A stretch of DNA of 52,195 bases from Chiloscyllium plagiosum (GCF_004010195.1 NC_057719.1:65813702-65865896); one strand, 5' to 3'; shown: positions 25,001 through 34,974, numbered from the stretch's first letter. Program-made: numbers and translations. The notes: generated from the sequence alone by a model not told the origin.

Positions 25001-26606
25001 TAAAGGGAATTACAACTGGCGTATACTTCCACTGTTTTTAAATGCTATTTTATAGGTTCAAGCTTACCTTTCTGAAAATTTAAGTTAGTCTTTAATCCAT
25101 AAAGAAATAAGCGAAAATGTTATGATTCCCTTTTCATTCCACATACCACTTTCTCATTTCCCTTCAGAATATCAGGCATAAGACATCTAGCTTTTTTTAG
25201 AAAGGTAAGATAAGTCTAAATTAAATCATTTGGCTCTAATTCTGCTAAACTTTCTAGAAAAACTATTTCCATTTTCATCAGCTTAAAATCTTGTCCTGCT
25301 CTATACCATTCAGAAAATGGGGGAAAAGAAATTATAAGAACTTTACCTACTTGCATTTGCAATTCAAAACAACAAGAACTTATAATTTGCTTCCTCTACA
25401 TGCAGCGCAGTGGCTCAGTCGTTAACGCTGCTGCCTCGTAGTGCCAAGGACCTGGGTGTGATTCCGCCCTCTGATGACTATATGGAATTTTGCATTCTCC
25501 TTGTGTTTGTGTGGGTTTCCTCCGGGTGCTCTGGTTTCCTTCCACAGTCTGAAAACGTGCCGGTTAGGTGGATTGGCCGTACTAAATTGCCCATAGTGTC
25601 CAGGGGTATGCAGGCTAGGTGGATTAGCCATGGGCAATGAATGCAGGGTTCCGGGGGTGTGGAGGGGCGGGGGATGTTGGGTTGGTGAGTGCGTCTGGGT
25701 GGAATGCTCTTTGAAGGGTCAATGTAGACTCAATGGGCCGAATAGCTTTCTTCCACACCATATGGATTTTTTTAAAAATGTCGTCATTGTTATAGATTTC
25801 CATTCTTTTATTGCCCTAAAATATGTCTGTTAACCTATATGATGTGTGCATCTGCTACATGGGTACATGCCAATGACCTCTGTATGTTGACATTATTGTT
25901 GCTTCCTTGCAATTGGTATCAGAGTATATGTGAATATCTTCAGTTGTCCTTTTTTCTTTCCCCAGTGAAAGTGAAAAGATATTTAACTCCTCAATATGGA
26001 GTATCTGATTTAGTAGCTTATTTGGTTGCAGCGCCTTGTGTTTTCATACATTTTGATTGGGTTGACACTTTGACAGCTGTCGAGAATAGACATTAAAGGG
26101 AAAAATAAATTTATTGAGCTTTTTATTTCAAATTTCTTTAATGCAGTTCTAAAGCTGTCGTGACAAAAGTGATTTCATAATTTGTCATCAAAATAATTTG
26201 TTTTGTTTAATGATTGAACCTCCATATGTTGACCATGTAATTATACTTGTCAAACATATTGTTTGACAGAGTAGTTGTGAATGATGGTTAAGTGAAAGCC
26301 TTTTCCCAGCAGACAAGTATTATAAAATAGACAAGTTTCAATTGTTTGAGAGTCCTTTTCACAACTTTGCTATGTTTTGCCAAGATTCCCAATAATATTT
26401 GTCAGTTGCTGATGTAGATAATCAAACTTTGTGTTTTGGTGACATGCAGCAACCTCCAAATCTTTTAATTTTGGATAGAATGCAAGTTTTGTTGGTTTCA
26501 ATCTAATAGTAAGTCGTCTTGACTCATGTTAGCGATGTTTTAACGAGCTGAAATTTTTATTTTGTTTCTGCAGAGTGTGGGAACCTACCTGGAGCAATTG
26601 TACTAA
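6957..26606 (+). CDS. KATNBL1: KATNB1-like protein 1 (katanin p80 subunit B-like 1), spliced CDS of 9 coding exons, 933 nt / 310 aa
   Basis: Hand-spliced exons 6957-7079, 12603-12646, 13909-14185, 18466-18581, 18801-18851, 18934-19023, 23289-23393, 24030-24123, 26574-26606; all GT-AG, phases consistent, no internal stop. Motifs [64 protein letters not shown] match human KATNBL1 as recalled. Confidence 0.95.
9775..11655 (-). mobile_element. Penelope-like element, 5'-truncated, with an inverted second copy of its 3' ~650 nt (about 11010-11655 on +)
   Basis: Minus-strand RT remnants ([42 protein letters not shown]); GIY-YIG-region remnant on + (LPYIKDISE...[12 protein letters not shown]); perfect 14-bp TSD attgagcccaatgt at 9761-9774 and 11656-11669. 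Confidence 0.9.
11575..11616 (+). ncRNA. Minimal type I hammerhead ribozyme motif in the Penelope-like arm
   Basis: ctca-CTGAAGA-t-gttac(ctaatata)gtgac-GAAA-tg-TC-tgag: stem I ctca/tgag, stem II, conserved core. Confidence 0.7.
11672..11792 (-). mobile_element. Short tRNA-derived SINE
   Basis: Minus strand: agggcttatgtagtatagtggtaatg...ggtttaggttcc...tctgaacaggttg plus A-rich tail; TSD agcccaatgttt / agcctaatgttt; related copy at about 15630-15748. Confidence 0.65.
12603..12646 (+). CDS. KATNBL1: KATNBL1 coding exon 2 ([14 protein letters not shown][R])
   Basis: Pyrimidine tract plus ccag acceptor, gtgaga donor; 44 nt, phase 0 to 2, as required by the next exon; protein similarity is weak. 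Confidence 0.8.
13909..14185 (+). CDS. KATNBL1: KATNBL1 coding exon 3 (LSTGQTKK...[12 protein letters not shown]...YADYFAQ)
   Basis: caacag acceptor, gtaggg donor; overlaps ORF 13937-14218. Confidence 0.93.
14697..14940 (+). mobile_element. HE1-type SINE with internal deletion of the tRNA head
   Basis: ggcggcacggtggcac joined directly to tgtgtggagtttgcac; (taatc)n tail; otherwise close to the 48423 copy. Confidence 0.88.
15088..15600 (-). mobile_element. Degenerate L2/CR1-group LINE 3' fragment
   Basis: acagacttgcattt end and purine-rich degenerate RT tail; no intact ORF. Confidence 0.45.
15630..15748 (+). mobile_element. Short tRNA-derived SINE
   Basis: A-box tggcgtagtgg and B-box ggttcaagttcc, followed by a tail shared with the 11672 copy (tttctgaacaggtt). 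Confidence 0.65.
16137..17505 (-). mobile_element. 5'-truncated Penelope-like element (RT C-terminus, GIY-YIG, 3' hammerhead region) inserted into a Deu-domain SINE
   Basis: Minus strand encodes YIDDCMG and YIGETGR remnants with frameshifts; SINE-like sequence flanks it at about 16035-16136 and 17506-17590. Confidence 0.85.
16198..16233 (-). ncRNA. Degenerate minimal hammerhead motif
   Basis: Minus strand attc-CTGATGA-a-gggc(ttat)gcca-GAAA-ca-TT-gatt; stem II and stem III carry mismatches. Confidence 0.5.
18466..18581 (+). CDS. KATNBL1: KATNBL1 coding exon 4 ([38 protein letters not shown][R])
   Basis: cacag acceptor, gtaata donor; strong similarity to the katanin con80 domain. Confidence 0.96.
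18801..18851 (+). CDS. KATNBL1: KATNBL1 coding exon 5 ([16 protein letters not shown][S])
   Basis: ctgtag acceptor, gtaata donor; DCLPVLT motif. Confidence 0.95.
18934..19023 (+). CDS. KATNBL1: KATNBL1 coding exon 6 ([29 protein letters not shown][E])
   Basis: ttatag acceptor, gtaagt donor. Confidence 0.96.
19763..22810 (+). mobile_element. Long (~3 kb) degenerate CR1 LINE: end of ORF1, ORF2 endonuclease and RT, 3' UTR
   Basis: Colinear fragments [14 protein letters not shown] (APE start), [72 protein letters not shown]; many stops and frameshifts. Confidence 0.93.
23289..23393 (+). CDS. KATNBL1: KATNBL1 coding exon 7 ([21 protein letters not shown]...VED[R])
   Basis: atgcag acceptor, gtaagt donor. 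Confidence 0.95.
24030..24123 (+). CDS. KATNBL1: KATNBL1 coding exon 8 (NVKVLKDQL...[10 protein letters not shown])
   Basis: ttctag acceptor, gtaaga donor. Confidence 0.95.
25400..25765 (+). mobile_element. HE1-related SINE, diverged
   Basis: tRNA-like head, gtgggtttcctccgggtgctc core, CR1-like tail. Confidence 0.8.
26574..26606 (+). CDS. KATNBL1: KATNBL1 last coding exon ([10 protein letters not shown])
   Basis: Pyrimidine tract plus ctgcag acceptor; 33 nt ending in TAA; corresponds to human DVDAYLLQLH*. Confidence 0.92.
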   Translation, partial: SVGTYLEQLY

Positions 26607-27199
26607 ATATATGCAGTATCCAGGGGACTTCATTTTTTCAAGTACTATCAGCAGTTGAAAGCTGCTTTGCAACATCATTTCAACCTCCTTGTTTGTTAAA
26701 ATATTCGGGAGACCAACACTGCAGAAAGTGATCAAAGTAGGCTCAGCACAAAGTTGGTTGCAAATTATGTTCGAAACCACTATTGAACCCAATGAAGCTA
26801 CTTCACATTGAAGTGGTTTATTCGCCAAGAGGCATATCCTCGACTCTGTGAGCTGATGATGTGACACTGTTTTGCGTTCCAGATTCATGTAGCCTAACTT
26901 GGACAGGAGAAGGTCTGTGTTCTTCAATATTGTCAGACTGGTGCCAATCAACTGCACTGAAATGCTGCTTCAGTGCTCTTGGACACTATGAATGTATTTT
27001 CTGTATATTTGATTCAAGGTTGTAAAATTTGCATATGACTGTGCAACAATAATAAGTTATAATTTCAGTAAAGAAAGCACCATAGTAGAGCATGCAGCTG
27101 TTTACTAATATCAGTAAGGTGACCTTAACAAAATGTGCATAGCACTGTATTCTTTTAATTGAAACATTAAAGTAGACATTTCTTGTGACTTTGCACTTA

Positions 27200-27205
27200 A
27201 ATAAA
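27200..27205 (+). promoter_or_regulatory. Candidate polyadenylation signal of KATNBL1
   Basis: AATAAA about 600 nt after the stop, with T/GT-rich sequence downstream. Confidence 0.5.
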
Positions 27206-27775
27206 AAATGCTATGTCTTTACATAGTACTCAGTGATGACTTGTGCATCAATTTCTTTTTAGTGAGTTTATTCAATGAAATGTGGTTTGGATTTCTGTTT
27301 TGTTACAGTTTTCTTTCTGCTTTTGCTTTCCTGTTGAAAAGAACTGCCCAATTATAGGTAAATATTTAAAGTACTGTTGCAAAAACATGAAGTGATTAAC
27401 ACAGGGTTGATAATAGTACAAACTTTTTTGGATTTTATGGAGATATGGCTAACATTCTAGGACCAGATTGAATCTATTAAAGATGATAAGACAGGTCATA
27501 AATAAGAATATTAAAAGATGGGAAAATAGCTTCTGACAGTACCAAACATCCCAAGTTATGTCATCTCAATCTGAACTCCTCCAACTGTGGAAGCATTTTC
27601 TAAGTCTATGTTTATAACACTATTTATTCTTAAATATTTCAGTTGGTTCACCCTTCATTTCACATTCATGTAGAGAAATGTCTGACATGCCTGTCTAGAC
27701 GTATATGAGAGTTGAAGGAATAGAAAATGTAGGGCTTATTCAGAACGGATATCAGGATGTTGTTCTGTAGGAGAA

Positions 27776-28150
27776 TAACTTGCATTTATATAGTGCCTTT
27801 CTTACGCACTCTTTCTGTGAAGCATATTGATACATTTAATGAAGTGCTTTTGAAGATTGTTGTAATGTAGGGAGTGGGTAGCCAATTTGCACACAGCAAG
27901 ATCCTACAACAGTAATGTGATAACCAGATAATTTGTTGGTTGAGGAATAAGACCGAGAGCTTCCTTGCTGCTCTTTGAAATGGTACCACAGAATCTTTTA
28001 TGTCTTCTTGAGGTTGTAAGCTGAACTTCCATTTAATTATTCATTCAGATGATAGCTCTGTCAGTGTAGTACTGTCTTGTTTTGCACAAAGTGTCAACCT
28101 AGGTTATAGATTCTGGAGTGTGATTTGGAACCTCACCCTTCTGATTCTGT
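27776..28150 (-). mobile_element. Ancient Deu-domain SINE (SacSINE1-like)
   Basis: aacttgcatttatatagtgccttt end; gccaatttgcacacagcaagatcc; tcagtgtagtactg...gtgtcaacctag; colinear with 39565-39970. Confidence 0.6.
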
Positions 28151-28907
28151 AATCAATAAAGACTCCTGGATATAGTGCTATTGGTGGACATCCTACAATA
28201 ATTTAAAAACTAAGAGTTCTAAATCTTAGATTTATTCATCCAGAATAATTCAAAGGTGGGCCAAATACCATTGCATGGGATCAGGCAACTTGGTATGTCT
28301 GCACGAATTTTTACCCATTAATAGTAAGAAAACATGGTTATGAAAGGAAATAGGAATTTAAGAAATATTTCAAAGGCAAAAAAATCACTGGATCAAAAGA
28401 ATGTATGTGCAATTTGAATTTTTGTTCGTTTGTAACATTGGTAGGTACTGAACTGACCCTGAAGGAATTTGATATGTTCTTGGAGGAGGAAGCTGAGTCT
28501 TGTTACAAGGAGTTACAAGTTAGTTACTTTTTCCTTATTGATATCTTATATATGTCTTGTACTTCTTTATGAGGACTTTGCAGTGGACACATTCTTAACC
28601 AATGTTATCAATAGACGGAGCAGATTGATGTCCGTGTCAAGTAGCTTTTTCCCTCCCTCTGGTTTTATCCACACGAGTTATAACTTTGGTCTAGTAGCTA
28701 CACTATTCAGGACTGAGGTCAACAGTGATGCTATCAAGCCACCCTTGATTTGGCAAACCCAGAGTACATTTTGTACCCTTCCTATTTTCAGTGCTTCCAA
28801 ATACTGTAAGATTTGCTCTCTGGTCACTTGTCAATTCTAAAAGAATTGCACAGTAGAACAAAAAGCTAATCACTCTCAACAAGTAAGGTAAAAACAACAT
28901 TGCTTAT

Positions 28908-29605
28908 AACAAAGAACAAAGAAAATTCCAGCACAGGAACAGGCCCTTCGGCCCTCCAAGCCTGCACTGATCCCGAATCTCTATCTAAACCTGTCACCTA
29001 TTTTCTAAAGATCTGTATTCCTTTGCTCCCTGCCCATTCATGTATCTGTCTAGATACATCTGAAATGACGCTATCGTTCCCGCCTCTACCACCTCCACTG
29101 GCAATGTGTTCCAGATCCCCATCACCCTCTGCGTAAAGAACTTTCCATGCATGTCTCCCCTAAACCTTTCTCCTCTCACTTTGAATTCATGGCCCCGAGT
29201 AATTAAGTTCTGCACTCTGGGGAAAAAGCTTCTTGCTATCCACCCTGCCTCTACCCCTCATGATTTTGTTGACCTCAATCAGGTCCCCCCTCAACCTCTG
29301 TCTTTCTAATGAAAATAATCCTAATCTATTCAACCTATCGTTATAGCTAGCACCCTCCATACCAGGCAACATCCTGGTGAACCTCCTCTGCATCCTCTCC
29401 AAAGAATGTGGCGACCAGAACTGTACACAATATTCCAAATGCAGCCAAACCAAAGTCCTATACAACTGCCAACTCTTGTACTTGATATCCTATCCAATGA
29501 AGGGAAGCATGCCATATGCCTTCTTGACCACTTTACTGACCTGTGCTGCCACCTTCAGGGAACAATGGACCTAAACACCCAGATATCTCTATACATCAAT
29601 TTTCC
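28908..29605 (-). mobile_element. 5'-truncated CR1 LINE
   Basis: ORFs 29187-29465 and 28994-29215 (LEYCVQFWSPH..RLRGDLIEV; FFTQRVMGIWNTLP); aacaaag tail repeat. Confidence 0.9.
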
Positions 29606-30957
29606 CCAAAGGTGTTGTCGAGGTGGCTGGCATAGATCAACTGAAATGTGAGCTAAAGGTTATTCTGATACAGCGAGGGGTAATTGGGAAGAGATGCATG
29701 AGGAACATTAACTTTGGAATGGATCAGATGGACTAAAAATGGTCTGTTGATGTGGTGTACATTCTGTACTATTTGTACCATTTTCTCCTTCATATTCCAA
29801 GCTAACCTTTGGTGCAGGTGCACTATTTTTTTTCTGAAAAGCAGGGTGTAATCAAGTAACTTAGTTTGAAATGAGATTTTAGCTGGAGGCATATTTGCCA
29901 AACAAGAATTTGATAGTCAGTGGTTGCTCTTAAGGACCGAAACAAATTCTACATAGTTGCATAAGTTATTTTCGCAGTCCAGTATTTGAAATAAAGAAAA
30001 GATTATTTTTCTTCAAATATACTTGAATTCCTGTGTAATTTGATGAAATCACTTTTATAGGTTCACATACTATTGAATATTTTAAAGGTTTTTTGAAGTG
30101 ACAAAGTTGAAGTGATTTTATTTTTGCCAACTCTGGTAGAAACTAAGAATAAATAGCCCCAGAAGAGATCAGATAACAAACTAGTAGTAGTAATTGACTT
30201 TAGGAGAGTGATCAGTCAACATTAGAGTTAGTGAAAATATTAATTGACCTCCCTCATACAGTGAAAGAGCAACATATTTCTCTGCACGTGAAATAGTGCC
30301 TCTGTTCTTCATGTAACATGCTTTGTAATAAATGGGAAGCTGAAAGAGAATTTGGCTGTAACTTGATTGTTTAATCATTGGTAAAATGCATCATTTTTGA
30401 TCCATTAAGTTCTGGTAATATTTATTCTGAAAATGGAATGCTTTGATATATTAACCATGAAATATTAAGGCCAAAAATGATTTCATAGTTTGGAAAGTTA
30501 CCAATTCTCATGCTATGAACTGAACTAACAACAAGTTATAAATATGCTAATATATGTAGAAAAGTTACTTTTGATATTCATAGAGCTATGCAGTGCACCA
30601 TTGTGAAATGTGGTAATTAGCTGAAAATCCTAATTTGGATAGAAAAGCATTGTAGAGGGAAGTCTACATAAATATTGTTCATATTTATTTTTAGGTGTTT
30701 TCAGGCAGGCTTAAACTGAAACCCGCTAATCTACAGAAGTAAATACAAATGTTACTGCAGCATCCTAAGAAAGTTCTATGGAGTACAGTTAGTTATCGCT
30801 AAATATTCTCACGCAATTTTAAATAAAAAATTCTATATTGAGATTAGTTGTTCTGAATGTTTTACAAAATGAGATATTTCATCAATGATGAAACATAGTA
30901 CAAAATGTCTGTTGTTCTACCAGATTTGATGTACAAATCCCAGACTCATGCAAAGAA

Positions 30958-31470
30958 TAGTCATGGAGTCATGCAGCATGGAAACATCCTTTGGTCCAAT
31001 TCATCCATGCCGAGCAAGTTTCCCAAAATAAACTCGTCCCACTTGCCTGCGTTTGGTCCATATCCTTCTAAAACCTTTCTAATCATGTACCTGTCCAAAT
31101 GTCTTTTTAAATGTTGTAACTGTACCTGCATATACCACTTCCTCTGGCAGTTCATTCCACATACACATTTCACCCTCTGTGAGAAAAAGTTGCCCCTCTG
31201 GTCCCTTTCAAATCTTTCACCTTTATTTTTAAAAATATACCCTCTAGTTTTGAACTCCTCCAGCCCCACCCCAACCCAGACTTTTGCTGTTCGCCTTAGC
31301 TATGCTCCTCATGATTTTGTAAACCTCTATAACGTCACCCCTCAACCTTCTACACTCCAGGGGAAAAGTCTCAGCCTATCCTTACAGCTCAAATCTTCTT
31401 GTATTGGTAGAGCATCTTGGTAAATCTTTTCTGAACCCTTTCCAATTTAATAATATCATTCCAATAGCAG
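30958..31470 (-). mobile_element. 5'-truncated CR1 LINE
   Basis: ORF 30961-31269 (GERFERDQRGNFF..RHLDRYM..LEGYGPNAGKWD). Confidence 0.85.
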
Positions 31471-31660
31471 GCAACTTAGAGATATTAGCCAAAACTGAAA
31501 TCATACAAGTTGCATTATATGTGCTTATTTTACAAGTGATAAAAGCAGGATGTATTCATGATTATACCCCAATAGTTTGTATAAACTGTTTATGTCCCCT
31601 TTATTAACACAAAGCAAATTCTAGTATTCTGTGTGGTAAGGCATCTTCACATGTGATAAT

Positions 31661-32160
31661 NNNNNNNNNNNNNNNNNNNNNNNNNNNNNNNNNNNNNNNN
31701 NNNNNNNNNNNNNNNNNNNNNNNNNNNNNNNNNNNNNNNNNNNNNNNNNNNNNNNNNNNNNNNNNNNNNNNNNNNNNNNNNNNNNNNNNNNNNNNNNNNN
31801 NNNNNNNNNNNNNNNNNNNNNNNNNNNNNNNNNNNNNNNNNNNNNNNNNNNNNNNNNNNNNNNNNNNNNNNNNNNNNNNNNNNNNNNNNNNNNNNNNNNN
31901 NNNNNNNNNNNNNNNNNNNNNNNNNNNNNNNNNNNNNNNNNNNNNNNNNNNNNNNNNNNNNNNNNNNNNNNNNNNNNNNNNNNNNNNNNNNNNNNNNNNN
32001 NNNNNNNNNNNNNNNNNNNNNNNNNNNNNNNNNNNNNNNNNNNNNNNNNNNNNNNNNNNNNNNNNNNNNNNNNNNNNNNNNNNNNNNNNNNNNNNNNNNN
32101 NNNNNNNNNNNNNNNNNNNNNNNNNNNNNNNNNNNNNNNNNNNNNNNNNNNNNNNNNNNN
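31661..32160. other. Assembly gap (500 N)
   Basis: Run of exactly 500 N, a round number typical of a scaffolding placeholder of unknown true size. Confidence 1.
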
Positions 32161-32445
32161 TTTCCTCCGACAGTCCAAAGATGTGCAGGTCAGGTGAATT
32201 GGCCATGCTAAATTGCCCGTAGTGTTAAGTAAGGGGTAAATGTAGGGGTATGGGTGGGTTGCGCTTCGGTGGTTCGGTGTGGACTTGTTGGGCCGAAGGG
32301 CCTGTTTCCACACTGTAATGTAATCTAATCTAAAAAAAAATGTTTGGAGGGATATGGGCCAAGTGCAGGCAGATGGGACTATTTAGTTTGGGATATATTA
32401 TTGGTTGGACAGAAGGGTCAGTTTCCATGCTGTATGACTCCATGT
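32161..32445 (+). mobile_element. 3' half of an HE1-type SINE (to about 32331) followed by a CR1 3' UTR fragment
   Basis: Near-identical to the 3' half of the 48423 SINE, with a (taatc)n tail; then tttggagggatatgggcc CR1 tail. Confidence 0.85.
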
Positions 32446-32613
32446 AGCAAACTAACTCATTAAAATGAGCTTTAATAGAATTGGAGAATGATACAGCAGA
32501 GAATTCTTTACTTACAAGGAGCTTTTGTAAAATAAATACAAGAGATGCCAAAACAATGTGAAATTCTAAAACTGAGCTGTGATGCTGTTTTAACTGATGT
32601 CTCTGTTATGTAG

Positions 32614-33308
32614 GTTTTCCCAATGATTGTTATGAAATTTTTCAGCAGTCAGAAGGTAAGGCTAAAGACGGCCTTTATATCATTCAACTAATGAAGGATC
32701 TTATAGTTGTGTATTGTGATATGCACAGTGCAGAAGGCGGCTGGACCGTGGTCCAGCACATCACTGCTAATACTTCCTTGGATTTTGACCGAACATGGGA
32801 GGACTACAAGCAAGGATTTGGATTGGTTAATGGCGATCATTGGCTGGGCAATGAATTCATGCACAGACTTACGAGCAAGCCAAGAGCATACAAGTTGGGA
32901 ATAAAGCTAATTGATATTAATGGCGAAATGAAATGGGGAGAATATGATCCATTCCTTATTGAACATGAAAAAGCCAAGTACAAAATTAGGCTTGGTCTTT
33001 ATCAAGGAACAGCAGCTGATGCTTTGACACAAGATACAGAAGCATATATCCATGATAACCAAAAATTCACCACAAAAGATAGTGATAACGACAACTACTT
33101 TCAGAACTGTGCTAAAGTTGAGCTGAATGGGATTTCAGGTGGAGGATGGTGGTACAATGCCTGTGCTGGAGCCAACCTGAACAGAAGAAATATTCTGTAC
33201 TGGCAGAATGATTGCAATAAAGAAAATCTGTGCAAATATGCGTGGATGATGGTAAAACCTAATAAGAAGCGAGATAAATGTAGCGATAGCTCGCATGATG
33301 AACTATAA
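32614..33308 (+). CDS. Terminal exon of a fibrinogen-related domain (FReD) protein, fibrinogen-like protein 1-like type, ending in HDEL
   Basis: tgtag acceptor, phase 1, reading [G]FPNDCYEIFQQSEGKAKDGLYIIQL in frame with ORF 32691-33308. FReD motifs VYCDM..GGWTVVQ, FDRTWEDYKQGFG, HWLGNE, HDNQKFTTKDSDND, GGWWYNAC..NLN. Upstream exon(s) not identified. Confidence 0.93.
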
Positions 33309-33450
33309 TTTTGGTGTATTACGCAAAACTGCAAATCAATCCAATTCATACTTTAATTTGTCATTTTTCTTAAGTAAATGTTGTATTTAGGAATATTAAA
33401 GTACCATTTACTGCAAGGGTAATAACAAATACATATATCAACGTAGTTTG

Positions 33451-33456
33451 AATAAA
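33451..33456 (+). promoter_or_regulatory. Candidate polyadenylation signal of the FReD gene
   Basis: AATAAA about 140 nt after the stop. Confidence 0.45.
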
Positions 33457-34002
33457 TTTGTTACACCGCTTGGTACAGCATGTATGAACTAATTTTTATG
33501 GAAAAAAAATGATGAATCCTTTTCAAGACATGATTCAGATTGACTGGTTCAATGGGTCTGAATGTAATTATTTTACTTTTGCAAATTTGATTCAAATCTA
33601 GCTCAGATGAAGGGACAGAATTCTTTGTAAGATGCGTGTAAAGAGCTGAAACTAAATTACATTTGCAGTGTTGCTGAAAAAGCTATTGAACGCTAAAATG
33701 TCAAGAGGAATTAGTTCAGGTTTGGGGGTAAGGCATATTGTTGAGCAGAGTAAACTATATCTACAAGTTAACAGTGCATGTGTGATGTTGATGCTGGTTG
33801 AAAAAGAGAATGTGAATACTTTTTAACAAGTACAAAACTTGCAAGCACAAGAAAAAAATATATTTCAGAATCCAAATGAAAATACTGATGGTGAAATCCA
33901 GTGTTCATGACAGATATATAAAAAAAAACAAGCTGAAGTAACCAAACCAGGTTAAAAATCACACAACACCAGGTTATAGTCCAACAGGTTTAATTGGAAG
34001 CA

Positions 34003-34037
34003 CACTAGCTTTCGGAGGGACGCTCCTTCATCAGGTG
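34003..34037 (-). ncRNA. Minimal type I hammerhead ribozyme
   Basis: Minus strand cac-CTGATGA-a-ggag(cgtcc)ctcc-GAAA-gc-TA-gtg. Confidence 0.75.
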
Positions 34038-34146
34038 ATTGTGGAGTATAAGATCGTAAGACACAAAATTTATAGCAAAAGTTTACAGTGTGGTGTAACT
34101 GAAATTAAAAACTGAAAAAGATCTTCACGATCTTATACTCCACAAT

Positions 34147-34181
34147 CACCTGATGAAGGAGCAGTGCTCCGAAAGCTAGTG
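34147..34181 (+). ncRNA. Minimal type I hammerhead ribozyme
   Basis: cac-CTGATGA-a-ggagc(agt)gctcc-GAAA-gc-TA-gtg; palindromic AGCT in place of stem III. Confidence 0.8.
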
Positions 34182-34974
34182 TGCTTCCAATTAAACCTGT
34201 TGGACTATAACCTGGGTGCTGTGTGATTTTTAACCTTGTACACCCCAGTCCAACACCGGCATCTCCGAATCATAACCAAACCAGAGTTTCTTCAAAATGC
34301 AATTCAAGCTCTTACAACCAACTTTGCTCTATTTTCTAAACTGGATTCTCCTCAGTTCTAAAATCTGTAGCTCTTACTTTAATCAATAGTTTTGAAGGAC
34401 AAACTTTTTTTCTCACTGGTGAAGAGTTCAGTTCAAATTAAAAATCTGTTGGTTTAAGTTTCTTCAAGAAAAATGACAGTGGCTATGATAAATTTATGCT
34501 TCTTGAATTGACCAAACACAAAATTCTGTTTCAGTTTCTAAATCTGTCTTCAAATGGTAAATACTATTAAGATCTCTATCCTGCACTGAATCAATATCTT
34601 CAGTCCATCAATAACATTTCTGAAGGATATCCATTCTACTGTATTACATGTAAGAGTGGTGTTGTGAGGATCTTGTTTGATTCATTAAGTACAGTGAGGT
34701 GAACTATTGATACATGACACCTCCATTACACAGACAATTTGCAAAGATCTTCTGATCTTCCATTTTGGTAATATTGAAGCCACTTGTACAGCTGGCTTTC
34801 TGTTCCCTTTTCCCACAGCACATGCCCACCAAGTCAAATATGGCTACCCTGCTATTGCCCTGAACCCCATTTGCAGTATCATTTCTCTTTTACTTGCATC
34901 CATGCCTTCTCCAAAATAATTTCATCCACCACCTTGACTTCTTTCTCAGTAAACTATCAATCATTCAACTTCCC

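Larger units (their letters stand above)
33951..34272. mobile_element. Fold-back Penelope-like element, 322 nt, with hammerheads on both strands
   Basis: About 105-nt inverted arms; perfect 12-bp TSD taaccaaaccag at 33939-33950 and 34273-34284. Confidence 0.9.

Noticed and set aside
26244..26273. Hairpin tgtcaaaca-tat-tgtttgaca
   Set aside because: A 9-bp stem is expected by chance in 52 kb of AT-rich DNA.
28469..28890. 123-aa ORF and donor-like gtaagg/gtaaaa sites as a possible signal-peptide exon of the FReD gene
   Set aside because: No ATG-initiated open frame reaches a phase-1 donor; it could at most be a non-coding exon, which is unsupported.
31470..31560. Hydrophobic stretch IIQVALYVLILQVIKAG resembling a signal-peptide core
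   Set aside because: No in-frame ATG or suitable GT donor; adjacent to a CR1 remnant.
31604..32313. Long ORFs containing runs of X
   Set aside because: Artefacts of translating through the N gap and a SINE.
33951..34272. Interpretation as a DNA-transposon MITE or pre-miRNA
   Set aside because: The arms match the 3' end of the GIY-YIG-encoding element at 40146, are asymmetric and carry hammerhead cores; TSD lengths vary between copies.
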